Below are positions 9,249 through 18,821 of a stretch of 64,000 bases of DNA, one piece after another. The notes beneath the pieces were generated by a model. The model was not told the origin of the DNA and did no database searches. It saw only the letters and a list, made by a program, of their open reading frames with translations. This stretch comes from Bacilli bacterium (lineage in GTDB: Bacteria; Bacillota_I; Bacilli_A; RFN20; CAG-826): assembly GCA_017445245.1 (NCBI GenBank), contig JAFSUM010000023.1:6115-70114 (forward strand), read 5' to 3'. A program made the translations under genes and the position numbers. Within the stretch, counting starts at the first letter, position 1. Each line of letters opens with the position of its first letter.

Positions 9249-12200
9249 TTAGGCCTTCTTCTTTTTGATGGAGAGCGATTTCATCGTATCGTCGATGAGA
9301 CGGAACGCCTGCTTATAGGATTTGTCGGAGATGACTTTGATATAAGCGGGAAGATCTTTGTATTTCTTCGAACCAGTGTCGTCGTTGACCATCATCTTCG
9401 TGCCAGCGTAGACCTTGGGGTCAATCGCGGTATTGAGACGGAGGTGGACGCCACCGATCGAGATGGCGGCAACGGTCTTCTTGCCAACGCGGTATGCATC
9501 ATAGCCGAAGGAGACGCGGTGCGCGCAGCCATAGGTATCGATGAGATATTTGGAGAGGCCGTCGTATTTTTCTTTGATATCCTTGCCGGAAGCTTCGACC
9601 TTTTCTTCGAAGGAAACGGTATGGATGGAATGGAGGGAGTCGTCGCTGGTGCCAGGACCGAAGGCAGCGAGTTCGCGGGTCGGATCAAGGCGTTCCGTGT
9701 TGCGCGGACGGGAGATGATCGGACGCTTTGGAGCAGGCGCGGGTTCTTCAACCTTCTTCGCCACGATTACTTCTTGCTTCGGCTCGGGTTTGGGTTCGGG
9801 CTTTGGTGCCGGTTTGGGAGCTGGCTTAGGCGCAGGTTTCGGGGCGACCTTCTTCACGGGTTTTGGCGCAGGCTGCGGAGCGGGTGCCTTACCCTCATAG
9901 AGGACGTGCTGCACGCCATCGATTTCCATGATGACGGTCTGGTCCTCGGTGATTTCAAGGTTAATCGGATCCGGTTTTGGCATATCTTCTTCCTCCTCTT
10001 CACAGGGTTCAGTAATGATTTCAGGCTCAGGGAGTCCTTTTTCAACGAGATGTTTGGCGGCAAGACGGGCAGAATCGACGCGGTTTTTGGCGTCTTGAAT
10101 CGCCGCTTCCTCTTCGAGGATTTTGCGCTTTTCCGCTTCGAGGCGTTCTTCCTCGGCTTTGCGAATAGCTTCTTGCTTGAGGCGTTCCTCATCGTGGAGG
10201 AGTTCCTGCTGATAGTCTTCTTCGGTAATGCCTTCGACGAGAACGTCATTATAGAGTTCGGGCACGCGGATAGGCGTAGGCGTATTCATGAAGCCGCCGC
10301 TGGAACCGAGCATCGTCGGGTTCGGGTTGAATTTGACGAAACGATGGAGTTCGCTGGCTTCGACGATGTCCTTGTCATAAGTGTCTTCGACCTTATCGAT
10401 AAAGGAGAAGCCCGCATTGTGAAGGACTTTGATCGCGGCGAGGTTAAAGTCGCCAGACTGGGCCCAGACGAGGTCGAGGTGGAGGGCGTTGAAGGCGTGA
10501 TCGACCATGCCGACCATCGCTTCGGTCGCATATCCCCTGCCCCAATAATCGGGTCCGATGAAGACTTCGATCTTGCGGTGGGAGAAACGGCGGTAGCCAT
10601 CTAGCATCTTTTCTTCTAGCCCAATGACACCGATAAGGGCGTTATCTTCCTGACGGATGATCGCGCGGTAATCGCGGTTCATGAAGCGGTCGAGAAGAAG
10701 CTGGCAGGCATCCAGATCAAGCGGATGGCGTTCGCCCATCATTTCAAGCGGGCCACTCTTCTTGGTGATTTCGAATAGAGCGTTCAAATCGTCGCCATCA
10801 AAGGTACGGAGCAACAGGCGTTCCGTCTCGACTTCTGCGGTCGTACGGAGGACGTTGAGGATGAGGGTTTCCTTTTTGGAGTCGGAACCCGTGGGCGAAT
10901 GTAGACGCTTCACCCAGATCATCTCGTTGCGGAACTCGTCGCTGCCAATTTCGACGAAAGCATAGACCGAGTCGCAGTTGGGGCAATAGAAGTTGCCGTC
11001 TTCGTTCTCGCCATCCATATACGCACCGCAAATGGGGCAGATACGGGAATACGTCCACGCGTCGCCACGCAGGAACGTAAGGCAAGAACGAACCATATTC
11101 TCGAGGTTTGCGTCGATTTTGGAGATATTCGGGTTCGCGATAACCGCGCCGCGTTCAGAAACGAGAGGTTCGGCGGTGAGGACGAACGCGTTTTCATAAT
11201 CCTGCTCGGGGGTCATGCGGTGGAAGACCAAATGATTGATTTCCGTGTCCAAATCATCGACCGTCGGAATCTGGTCGGTAAGGCCTGGCATGAAGTCGAG
11301 GCAAACGCGGCTACGGCGCTTTCTCGAACCGGTGGGCAGATGTACCAAACGAGTATCGGAAACGGTATAGATAATCGATACCTGGGTCGCCGAATCGCGT
11401 TTGAATTCAGCTTTAAGAGGTCCGCGCGTCGCCGTGATCGCATCGACGTTTATATAGCCGTTCGCGTTCAAAGGAATGAAATCGGAGCTAAGTTTGAATC
11501 CGAGTTTTTTATAGACCTCGAACAAACGCTCCAAAGCCCAGTTGCAATAGCCGGACTGGATGAGTTCGTCTTTCTTATGCTGCTCTGTCGAATAGTTAAG
11601 CAACTTCATGTAGAACTGGAAGCAAGCCGCATAGTTACGGTCGCCAATCAACATGTTGGTCGCGTGGATATCCGAATCGCTTAAGGCCTTCGCTTTCTTT
11701 ACTTCTTTATAGAAAGGAGTCGAAACCGAGTGGGAAAGGATACGCTGCGCATCGAGCAACTTACGGAGAGTTGCGATAATCGGGTCATCCTTGTCGGTCA
11801 ATAGTTCCGACGCGTTCATGATCGGATTGAGGGCATCGGGCGTTTCTTTCTGCAAGAAAGAGAGGTCGAGTGGGTCAATCTTAGCATCCGCGACGTAACG
11901 GGAAAGGAACTTCGGCTGGCTATAGAGTTCGGCAAGGCTATGCGAGATGAAGGAACGCATCTTGTCGATAAGCGCGACGACAAAGCGGTTCTCGTAAATG
12001 GCATAGTCCGTTTCCGAGGTATCGCTATAGATGTATTCGGGCAACATGCGGTTGTCCTTTTCTTTCCAGAATCTAGGAACCTTGAGGGTCATGATGACGT
12101 CATCGTTAGCGATACGGACCGCCTTTTCGGCCTGTTTGACTTCCTTATATACCTTAAGATGAGTACGGGGCTTCGAGACGATCGCCATGATGTTCTCGGT

Positions 12201-12389
12201 TACGGCGGTGAACTCGGGGATCCAAGGATAGGATTTGGATTCGTCGTAGGTCGAGGCCGTGGCAGCAGGCGCGGAGAAAGCACCGACGCGCTCGTCGATC
12301 GGCGTGTTCAAAGAGACAGTGCCTCTTTGCTCCAAGCCGCCTTGGTAGGCGTGGATGAACTCCGGTAATGTGATGGTATCTTTCGCCAT
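9249..12389 (-). CDS. Multidomain protein: McrC/DUF2357-like N-terminus, Zn-ribbon, GNAT (RimJ/RimL-like), coiled coil, PAPKP repeats and a conserved C-terminal domain
   Basis: DYAIYENRFVVALIDKM resembles the DUF2357/McrC N-region. Also present: CPICG..x..CPNCDS ribbon, GNAT core IEVFIGPDYWGRGYATEAMV, an EEERLEAEKRK coil and (PAPKP)n. It sits directly downstream of a McrB-like gene. Confidence 0.55.
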   Translation of the reverse strand: MAKDTITLPEFIHAYQGGLEQRGTVSLNTPIDERVGAFSAPAATASTYDESKSYPWIPEFTAVTENIMAIVSKPRTHLKVYKEVKQAEKAVRIANDDVIMTLKVPRFWKEKDNRMLPEYIYSDTSETDYAIYENRFVVALIDKMRSFISHSLAELYSQPKFLSRYVADAKIDPLDLSFLQKETPDALNPIMNASELLTDKDDPIIATLRKLLDAQRILSHSVSTPFYKEVKKAKALSDSDIHATNMLIGDRNYAACFQFYMKLLNYSTEQHKKDELIQSGYCNWALERLFEVYKKLGFKLSSDFIPLNANGYINVDAITATRGPLKAEFKRDSATQVSIIYTVSDTRLVHLPTGSRKRRSRVCLDFMPGLTDQIPTVDDLDTEINHLVFHRMTPEQDYENAFVLTAEPLVSERGAVIANPNISKIDANLENMVRSCLTFLRGDAWTYSRICPICGAYMDGENEDGNFYCPNCDSVYAFVEIGSDEFRNEMIWVKRLHSPTGSDSKKETLILNVLRTTAEVETERLLLRTFDGDDLNALFEITKKSGPLEMMGERHPLDLDACQLLLDRFMNRDYRAIIRQEDNALIGVIGLEEKMLDGYRRFSHRKIEVFIGPDYWGRGYATEAMVGMVDHAFNALHLDLVWAQSGDFNLAAIKVLHNAGFSFIDKVEDTYDKDIVEASELHRFVKFNPNPTMLGSSGGFMNTPTPIRVPELYNDVLVEGITEEDYQQELLHDEERLKQEAIRKAEEERLEAEKRKILEEEAAIQDAKNRVDSARLAAKHLVEKGLPEPEIITEPCEEEEEDMPKPDPINLEITEDQTVIMEIDGVQHVLYEGKAPAPQPAPKPVKKVAPKPAPKPAPKPAPKPEPKPEPKQEVIVAKKVEEPAPAPKRPIISRPRNTERLDPTRELAAFGPGTSDDSLHSIHTVSFEEKVEASGKDIKEKYDGLSKYLIDTYGCAHRVSFGYDAYRVGKKTVAAISIGGVHLRLNTAIDPKVYAGTKMMVNDDTGSKKYKDLPAYIKVISDKSYKQAFRLIDDTMKSLSIKKKKA

Positions 12390-12415
12390 GGCTACGATAA
12401 AGTTCCTTTACGAAA

Positions 12416-14812
12416 TTAGGAGAGTTTGCGGTTATATTTCTCGATGAGGGCCTCGGAGAGTTTGAGGGTGCCTTTGCCGTAATATTGCTGCAGATAACGG
12501 CTCAATTTGACGAGGCCGTTCTTGACGAAGGACTCAAAGTGGCCGTCTAACTTACGGAGAATCTTACGGGCGAGCATGAGGTCGAGAGCCGCCTCTTTGG
12601 TACCGCCCAAAGCGACGAAGACCGGCACGAAGCGATCGATCTGGTTCATGATACGGTTACCAAACGCGAGGTCGAAGGTCTCGCCGATGAACATGGTGAG
12701 TTTCATGAACTTGGTACGCTCGGCTTCGGTGAGTTGGTTTTCCTTGTGGGCCATGGCCTCGTTGATGCAGGTGGTGAGTTCCTCCATCGTCAAAGGATAG
12801 GGGCTGTAATCCCAGTCGGAAGTGAACGGAAGGTTCAAGTCGTTGAACTCGATGACGATCGCACGGTCATAAACCTTATCGGTAATGGTGAAGGTCGAGT
12901 CGTCAGTGTTCGCGGTACCGATGAACCAGGTGTTGGTCGGAATACGGACTTTGCCGTTTTCGATGAATCTCGGAACGGGGGTGCCGAGTTTGACCTGCAT
13001 CAAAGGAATGAGCCAGTCCTCGGGTGGATATTCGAAGATGGAGAGGAAGTCGGCGAAATAGTACTCGATACGGGAGATGTTCATTTCGTCGAGGACCATG
13101 ATGTTCATCTGATCGGGGAAGTAGGCCGCTTCATAGAGGTGCTTAAGGAGTTCGGTTTCCTTGAACTCGCCGGTGAAGTCGGAATAGTAACCGACGATAT
13201 CGGAACGGTCACGCCAAGTGGCTTGAACCGGGAAGAAGAAGGCTTTTCCGCCGATGTATTCGAGGAAGACACGCGGCAAGGTCGATTTACCGGTACCGGA
13301 AAGGCCTTGGAGGATGAGTAGACGCGAGGAGCTGAAACCAGCGATCCAAGCGCGGATGGTATCGATGGGGAAGTAATACTTCTGGTGGCAGAGATAGGAC
13401 TGGAAGCGATAGGCCAACGTCTTGAAGTCCTTGTAGGTCATGGTGACGTGGTTCTTCTTGGCTTCCTCGAAGCGCTTACGGTCTTCTTCACCCAAAGCGT
13501 TCTGAACGGCGGTGCCGATGACCGCGGTGTTCTTCTTGGGCTCTTCGGGATTCTCTTCGAGGTTGGCTTCTTCTTCAGCCTTACGGGCAGCTTCTTCTTC
13601 AGCGAGGCGCTTTTCTTCTTCAATGCGCGCCTCCTCGTCGAGAAGGATCTGAGGCTTTTCAGGCGTCGGGGCACCTTCACGAAGAGCTTTGCCACAGGCT
13701 TCTTCGTATTCAGCCTTGGCCTTAGCTAGTTCTTCTTCATGAGCCTTACGGTCGGCTTCTTCCTGTTTCTTACGCTCTTCTTCGGCGTAGATCTCGTCCC
13801 ATTTATGGTCGATGACGGTCAAAGCGGGGAAGAGATCGCCGGAACGATCTTCGTCTTTACGGCGCTGACCACCGACCAATTGATTCATGCCCTGAATCTT
13901 ATTGGGGTCGACGTTGACTTGGAGATTGGAGAAGTCAACGCGACTAAGGGCGTCTTGGCCAAGGAGAGCATAGTCACCAGGCAGGGAGAGACCTGCGTCG
14001 CGGCGACGTTCGGCCGCAGCGGCTTCAGCAGCGGCTTTGAAGTCCTGATAGTCGCCCGTGGTCATCATGGTCTTGGCAACGGACTGGGCAAAGCCAGCGA
14101 GCAAACGTACCAAGGCACGCAGGATGAGTATGATCAAGATGAGGGCGAGCAAGACGCCGACGAGCATCGCGAGAACGATGCCGGTGGCCATCAAGACGTT
14201 GAGGAAGACCGGACCTTGAGTCTTGGCGAGGTCTTCGCTGGTGAGCTGTTTGATTAAGTTGGTCCACGGGAAGAGAACCGCTGAGACGGTCATACCAATA
14301 AGGATGATGACAATCCAGGTGATCCACCACTTAACGTTGAAGCGAATCTTCCAGTCGGAATCGACGGGTTTGCCTTTCGCAAGGCGCTTATTGTAACGGC
14401 GGATATAAACCGGTTTGCGCGTCGAGATGGCAAATAACAAGGGGACGCCGATAAGGGTCGCGATGCCAAACAAGGCCCACGATGTCATGTAGACGTCGAA
14501 TTGCTTGATGCCGAAGAACTCGAAGAAGGAGCGAACGGCGGGCAAATCCAGCCACTGCGGACGGATCGAGTTACTGACGTCGATGAAAAGCATCGCCAGC
14601 AAGATGACGAGCCAAATAATGGTGATCGTAAGGCTAATGGTAAAAGGTGAATTGTACCAAGCCTTTTTCTTAACTTTGTTCTTGCGAGATTTTTGGGCTT
14701 CCTTATCCAGGTCGCCCTTTCCTTCAATGGTCTCGCTCTCAGCGGGTGCTTGTTCCTCTGCAGGTTGTTCCAAAGCCAGCGTCTCTTCGTTCGACGGGTT
14801 TTCACTAGCCAT
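12416..14812 (-). CDS. Membrane-anchored McrB-like AAA+ (AAA_5) NTPase with a long charged coiled-coil linker
   Basis: About 4 TM helices lie in the first 250 aa, followed by an E/K/A-rich linker. Walker A GLSGTGKS, VLDEMNISRIEYYFADFLS (compare McrB DEINRA) and FIGTANTDDST..DRAIVIEF (compare McrB MNTADRS) are present. Confidence 0.7.
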   Translation of the reverse strand: MASENPSNEETLALEQPAEEQAPAESETIEGKGDLDKEAQKSRKNKVKKKAWYNSPFTISLTITIIWLVILLAMLFIDVSNSIRPQWLDLPAVRSFFEFFGIKQFDVYMTSWALFGIATLIGVPLLFAISTRKPVYIRRYNKRLAKGKPVDSDWKIRFNVKWWITWIVIILIGMTVSAVLFPWTNLIKQLTSEDLAKTQGPVFLNVLMATGIVLAMLVGVLLALILIILILRALVRLLAGFAQSVAKTMMTTGDYQDFKAAAEAAAAERRRDAGLSLPGDYALLGQDALSRVDFSNLQVNVDPNKIQGMNQLVGGQRRKDEDRSGDLFPALTVIDHKWDEIYAEEERKKQEEADRKAHEEELAKAKAEYEEACGKALREGAPTPEKPQILLDEEARIEEEKRLAEEEAARKAEEEANLEENPEEPKKNTAVIGTAVQNALGEEDRKRFEEAKKNHVTMTYKDFKTLAYRFQSYLCHQKYYFPIDTIRAWIAGFSSSRLLILQGLSGTGKSTLPRVFLEYIGGKAFFFPVQATWRDRSDIVGYYSDFTGEFKETELLKHLYEAAYFPDQMNIMVLDEMNISRIEYYFADFLSIFEYPPEDWLIPLMQVKLGTPVPRFIENGKVRIPTNTWFIGTANTDDSTFTITDKVYDRAIVIEFNDLNLPFTSDWDYSPYPLTMEELTTCINEAMAHKENQLTEAERTKFMKLTMFIGETFDLAFGNRIMNQIDRFVPVFVALGGTKEAALDLMLARKILRKLDGHFESFVKNGLVKLSRYLQQYYGKGTLKLSEALIEKYNRKLS

Positions 14813-14860
14813 AACAACTCCTCCTCAAAAATAAAGGTATCCGTATAGGTGCTTTGTTAA

Positions 14861-14889
14861 ATTTTAGGTTTCATCGGCATTTTATGCAA
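14861..14889 (-). promoter_or_regulatory. SigA-type promoter of the four-gene operon
   Basis: On the minus strand: TTGCAT (14889-14884), a 17-nt spacer, then TAAAAT (14866-14861). RBS GAGGAGGAG precedes the ATG at 14812. Confidence 0.5.
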
Positions 14890-15032
14890 CTGCATAAATG
14901 CAACGCACGTATACGCGCGAGGACTTGGCCGACTCGAGAAAACCAAAAATAACCGAGATTTGCCGATAAAACTCTGCAGAAAAAACCATAAAACGAGTTT
15001 GATAAAACGTTCCGGTAAATAAGCCAGACATG

Positions 15033-15057
15033 AAAAAGCCTCGGGATTGCCGAGGCT
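15033..15057 (-). terminator. Rho-independent terminator of the surface-protein gene
   Basis: AGCCTCGG-GATTG-CCGAGGCT, with a T-run on the minus strand (A-run at 15033-15037). Confidence 0.7.
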
Positions 15058-15073
15058 TATGAAGGTTTATCGA

Positions 15074-16768
15074 TTAGGCCTTTTTGCGTTTCTTGGCAAG
15101 AAGGATCATGCCTCCCACGGAGACAAGGCCAACGGTCGCAAGGGCGGCTAGGAGGAAGACGTTGGAATCTTTGTTCGCACCGAAGTTCACGGCCATGGCT
15201 TTGTGGAAGCCAGAAGTGTTATCGAATTCCTGACCATTCGCAGTTGCATAGGCGACGCAACGAGCATAGGCATCAGCATAGTTCTCGGCAGTAAACTCAG
15301 ACTTGTCGGTAACGTTACCCCAAACTTTGGTCACCTCGCTATAGAAGTCTTTGCAATCATAGCTGGAGGAAGATTCGAAATCATTAAGGAACCCGGCAAA
15401 TGATGCAGCTGTTTCTTGTTCCCAAACAATCGAGATGCTTGTCAGGTACATGGCACCGCTATTCGAACAAAGGCCAAGGTAATGATAGTTGCCGGTAAGT
15501 GTCAGCGATGTTGACGTTCCGTTCACAATAGAACCTAATTTCGTTCCCTGTGTAGAAGAATCGTAAAGCCCGGTGGCGGCAGTATAAGGGGTGTTTTTAC
15601 CATAGATGTTCAAAGTCCTTCCCGCGGCGGTCGAAGAATTCCAAACAACGGAAACCGATTTGGCAACTTTTCCAGCCGAAGTGATGACAATACCAGAATT
15701 ACTGTTGCTGCTTCTCAATTGAATACTGGAATTACCGCCGGCGCATTGTCCGCCATACTTAGCCGTAGAGCCAGATTTTGTGAATTCCGTGATATCGGCA
15801 TATGAAGTTCCAGACACTCCAGTGTCACTCAATGTAATTACATCGGTAACAGTCGTAGGCTCAGTGAGACCGGTAACGGTGAAGGTATGAGATGCACTGA
15901 TGCTGTTATCTTCTTTAGAAGTGCAAGTGATCGTCACGCCTTCCGGAGCGTTATCAAGGAAACGGACGGTCGCGACTTTATTCGTGGTGTCAACGCTGTC
16001 AATGACGGCAACGCTTTCTTTACTGGAAGTAAACGTAACCGCCTGAGTGCCTTCAACATCTTCATATCCGACTTCATATACGATTTCGGTCGTAACGGAA
16101 CCTTTGACGCCGGAAGTGATCTCGTCATCTGCCGCTAAGGTAATCTCAGTAGGAACGGGTGTTGGTTCAGAGATCGCTGAAGAAGATTCAGATGAAACTA
16201 CTTCAGAGGAGGTCGGTGTAGATTGCTTTTTATAAAATTCGAATGACTGATCTTTTATATTGTTATTGATAGAAGTGTAACAACGCCAATCTTGCGAATT
16301 GTAAATGCCGATATAACGTCTAGTAGCGTTGTTATAGAGATAATTATTACTAATGGAGAAAACATTATTAGAATTGTCGCCGACTCTGACACCATTGTTG
16401 GCATTCGTGCAATAAAGGTAAGAGTCTCCTGTGCCAAATTGGTAATTGGAGCCATCGACGGTGACCGTCCAAAGCACGGTCTCCGCAGGATCGGTAATCT
16501 TATCTGCACTCACCGTCACAGAGATCGCGGACGGTGCGGTGGAAGTTCCGTTATTGTTAGCGAGAGCGTATGATCCACTGCTGTTGACACCAACGACAAC
16601 AACCTCGTCGCCAGTCGCCAAATCGGTAATGGCGACCTTCCCGTACGCATCTGCGGCTTTCGTTTCGACGGCATTATTCCCGAAAGCGCTGACTCCAACG
16701 GCAGTAGCCCCGCCAACCATGGCGAAGGCCGCTAAGGCAAGAATGGTGTTTTTGAGATTGATCTTCAT
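15074..16768 (-). CDS. Cell-surface protein with signal peptide, Ig-like (Big_2-type) domain and C-terminal TM anchor
   Basis: ATG at 16768 (MKINLKNTILALAAF) lies 7 nt after GGGAGG. A Ser-rich linker and a Big_2-like segment (AVTFTSSKESVAVIDS..ATVRF) follow. The C-terminus is hydrophobic plus KKRKKA, with no LPXTG motif. Confidence 0.7.
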   Translation of the reverse strand: MKINLKNTILALAAFAMVGGATAVGVSAFGNNAVETKAADAYGKVAITDLATGDEVVVVGVNSSGSYALANNNGTSTAPSAISVTVSADKITDPAETVLWTVTVDGSNYQFGTGDSYLYCTNANNGVRVGDNSNNVFSISNNYLYNNATRRYIGIYNSQDWRCYTSINNNIKDQSFEFYKKQSTPTSSEVVSSESSSAISEPTPVPTEITLAADDEITSGVKGSVTTEIVYEVGYEDVEGTQAVTFTSSKESVAVIDSVDTTNKVATVRFLDNAPEGVTITCTSKEDNSISASHTFTVTGLTEPTTVTDVITLSDTGVSGTSYADITEFTKSGSTAKYGGQCAGGNSSIQLRSSNSNSGIVITSAGKVAKSVSVVWNSSTAAGRTLNIYGKNTPYTAATGLYDSSTQGTKLGSIVNGTSTSLTLTGNYHYLGLCSNSGAMYLTSISIVWEQETAASFAGFLNDFESSSSYDCKDFYSEVTKVWGNVTDKSEFTAENYADAYARCVAYATANGQEFDNTSGFHKAMAVNFGANKDSNVFLLAALATVGLVSVGGMILLAKKRKKA

Positions 16769-17004
16769 ATTCAATCCTCCCATGAACGAAGCCATTCTCA
16801 TTAGGAGGCGCCTTCACTTACGGATAGGAGGCCTCACAACAAACAAAATAAGCGGCTTCGCTTTTGGCTATATTATACATATAAAACGCATGCACGCGGG
16901 TGTAAGCGCTTCCAAATAGGGGCCTAATCCGGATAATCTCGATGACATCGAAACTATATTTTGCCTACTTCTTCTAGAGCAACCCTCTATAGAGGGGTAT
17001 TATC

Positions 17005-17769
17005 ATGCTGAAGATGAACGCGAATCCCCTTATTTCCATTGTTACGCCCCTCTATAACGCCGAGGCTGTTTTTGAAGGCACATTTGGTTCCGTAATCGCC
17101 CAAACGTTCAAAGACTTCGAATGGGTCATCGTCGACGATTGTTCCACCGATGAATCTTTTGCTTTGGCAGCCAAACTCATTGAAGGACATCCAAACATTC
17201 GTCTATTCCAAATGCCCCATAACGGCGGTTCCGCCAAGGCCAGAAATAAAGGCCTAGATGAAGCCAAAGGCAAATATGTCACGTTCCTGGATGCCGATGA
17301 CGTGCTCGACCCCGATTATCTTGAGAAGCAACTCGCTTTCATCAAAGACCATGGCCCCATTATCTCCAGCGCCTACCGCCGGAAGACCGAGCAAACCTGC
17401 ACCACCTTCACGCCCCCTGCCGAGACGACATACAAATCCATCCTTAAAGGCAACCCCTTGTCCTGCCTTTCCACCATGTATAACCGCGAAGTCTTCCCTG
17501 AGGATCGCTTTCCCGAAGACCTAACCCGTCATGAAGATTTCGTCTTCTGGGCCCGCCTTTTGAAGAAGGGTTATAAAGCAATTAGTAACCCCGAAGTCTT
17601 GGCCACCTACCGCCTTCAATCCAACTCCAAAAACAGCGACAAAAAGAAGCTCATCAAACCCATGGTTCAGGCCTATCACAAAGGCTTAGGAATCAATATC
17701 ATTACAAGCTGGTTTTTCACCGCTAGATACGTGTTTTATAGCCTAAAGAAATATAAAGGTGTCCATTAA
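17005..17769 (+). CDS. Glycosyltransferase family 2
   Basis: ISIVTPLYNAE...VIVDDCSTDES...FLDADD motifs are present. Confidence 0.85.
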   Translation: MLKMNANPLISIVTPLYNAEAVFEGTFGSVIAQTFKDFEWVIVDDCSTDESFALAAKLIEGHPNIRLFQMPHNGGSAKARNKGLDEAKGKYVTFLDADDVLDPDYLEKQLAFIKDHGPIISSAYRRKTEQTCTTFTPPAETTYKSILKGNPLSCLSTMYNREVFPEDRFPEDLTRHEDFVFWARLLKKGYKAISNPEVLATYRLQSNSKNSDKKKLIKPMVQAYHKGLGINIITSWFFTARYVFYSLKKYKGVH

Positions 17770-17819
17770 AAAGACGTGGTTTTTGCATGAAAAACTCGCC
17801 ATTTCGGCGAGATTTTCAT

Positions 17820-18821
17820 TTATTCTTCCTTGAGTTCCCTGGTCATTAATTCCAAGACGGCTTCGGATGGTTTTTTGTTCTCGTACAGGACCTCGTAAAC
17901 CGCATCGGTAATCGGGGTTTCGATGCCTGCTTTCTTAGCTTCGAAATGGATGGTTTTCGCGGCTAGAACGCCTTCGACAGTTTTGGTGTTCCGAGCTAAG
18001 ACCGGGGCAGCTTCATCTTCCTTGCCGATATCAAGGCCCAGCGTGTAGTTACGGGAACGATGGCTAGAACAAGTAAGCGTAAGGTCCCCTACGCCGGTAA
18101 GCCCAAGGAAGGTCGGAGCCTTCGCGCCTTTGGCTAAGCCGAAACGGGTGATCTCTGCAAGGCCGCGGGTGATAAGAGCGCTTCTAGTGTTATCGTGATA
18201 ACCAAGGCCCTCCATGATGCCCGAAGCGATGGCGATGATATTTTTCATGCCCGCGCCGATTTCAGCACCGACGACATCGGTCTGAACATAAACGCGGAAC
18301 GAAGCGGAAGAGAAGAGCTTCTGAACGAACTTAGCAGCTTCCTTGTTTTCGGAGACGGCGCAGATGGCGGTAAGGTCATCGTGGATAACGTCATGGGCAA
18401 AGCTAGGGCCAACAAGAGATACAACTCCGCCATTCTTGTTCTTCTCGTTGAGACGTTTCTCGATGAGGAAGGCAATGCCTTCGCCCGTCACCGGGTCAAA
18501 GCCCTTGATAACGTTGATGATAAGCGGCGTGGTGTCGCAGTGCTCGACAATAAGATCGACAATGTTGTTAATTTGACTAGAAGGAACGGCGAGAAGGAGA
18601 ACGCTTGCGCCTTTAAGCGCTTCGGCAGCGTCAAGCGTTGCCGAGATAGATAATGGAAGCGTTACGTCGTCAAAGTAACGGCTATTTTGGTGATGCTCTA
18701 CGATGTCCGTCACTTCGACGGGATCTTTGCCATACATCAAAATGCGGTTATTCGGATCTTTGCTAAGGGCATAAGCAAGGGCGGTGCCCCATGCGCCCGT
18801 TCCTAAAACAGTGATATTCAT
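17820..18821 (-). CDS. gpsA: NAD(P)H-dependent glycerol-3-phosphate dehydrogenase
   Basis: MNITVLGTGAWGTALA Rossmann start at 18821. The family is conserved throughout. The track's 46-aa 5' extension is unlikely to be real. Confidence 0.9.
   Translation of the reverse strand: MNITVLGTGAWGTALAYALSKDPNNRILMYGKDPVEVTDIVEHHQNSRYFDDVTLPLSISATLDAAEALKGASVLLLAVPSSQINNIVDLIVEHCDTTPLIINVIKGFDPVTGEGIAFLIEKRLNEKNKNGGVVSLVGPSFAHDVIHDDLTAICAVSENKEAAKFVQKLFSSASFRVYVQTDVVGAEIGAGMKNIIAIASGIMEGLGYHDNTRSALITRGLAEITRFGLAKGAKAPTFLGLTGVGDLTLTCSSHRSRNYTLGLDIGKEDEAAPVLARNTKTVEGVLAAKTIHFEAKKAGIETPITDAVYEVLYENKKPSEAVLELMTRELKEE

Noticed and set aside
9760-9870. Apparent DNA tandem repeat (GGTTTGGG/GGCTTNGG units), considered as a contingency locus or CRISPR-like array
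   Set aside because: It is the antisense of in-frame PAPKP/PEPKP codons inside the 1046-aa ORF. It is imperfect and is simply a coding low-complexity linker.
15074-15200. LPXTG sortase signal at the C-terminus of the surface protein
   Set aside because: The hydrophobic helix plus KKRKKA tail is present, but no LPXTG-like pentapeptide precedes it (the sequence reads ..FGANKDSNVF..). I annotated it only as a TM anchor.
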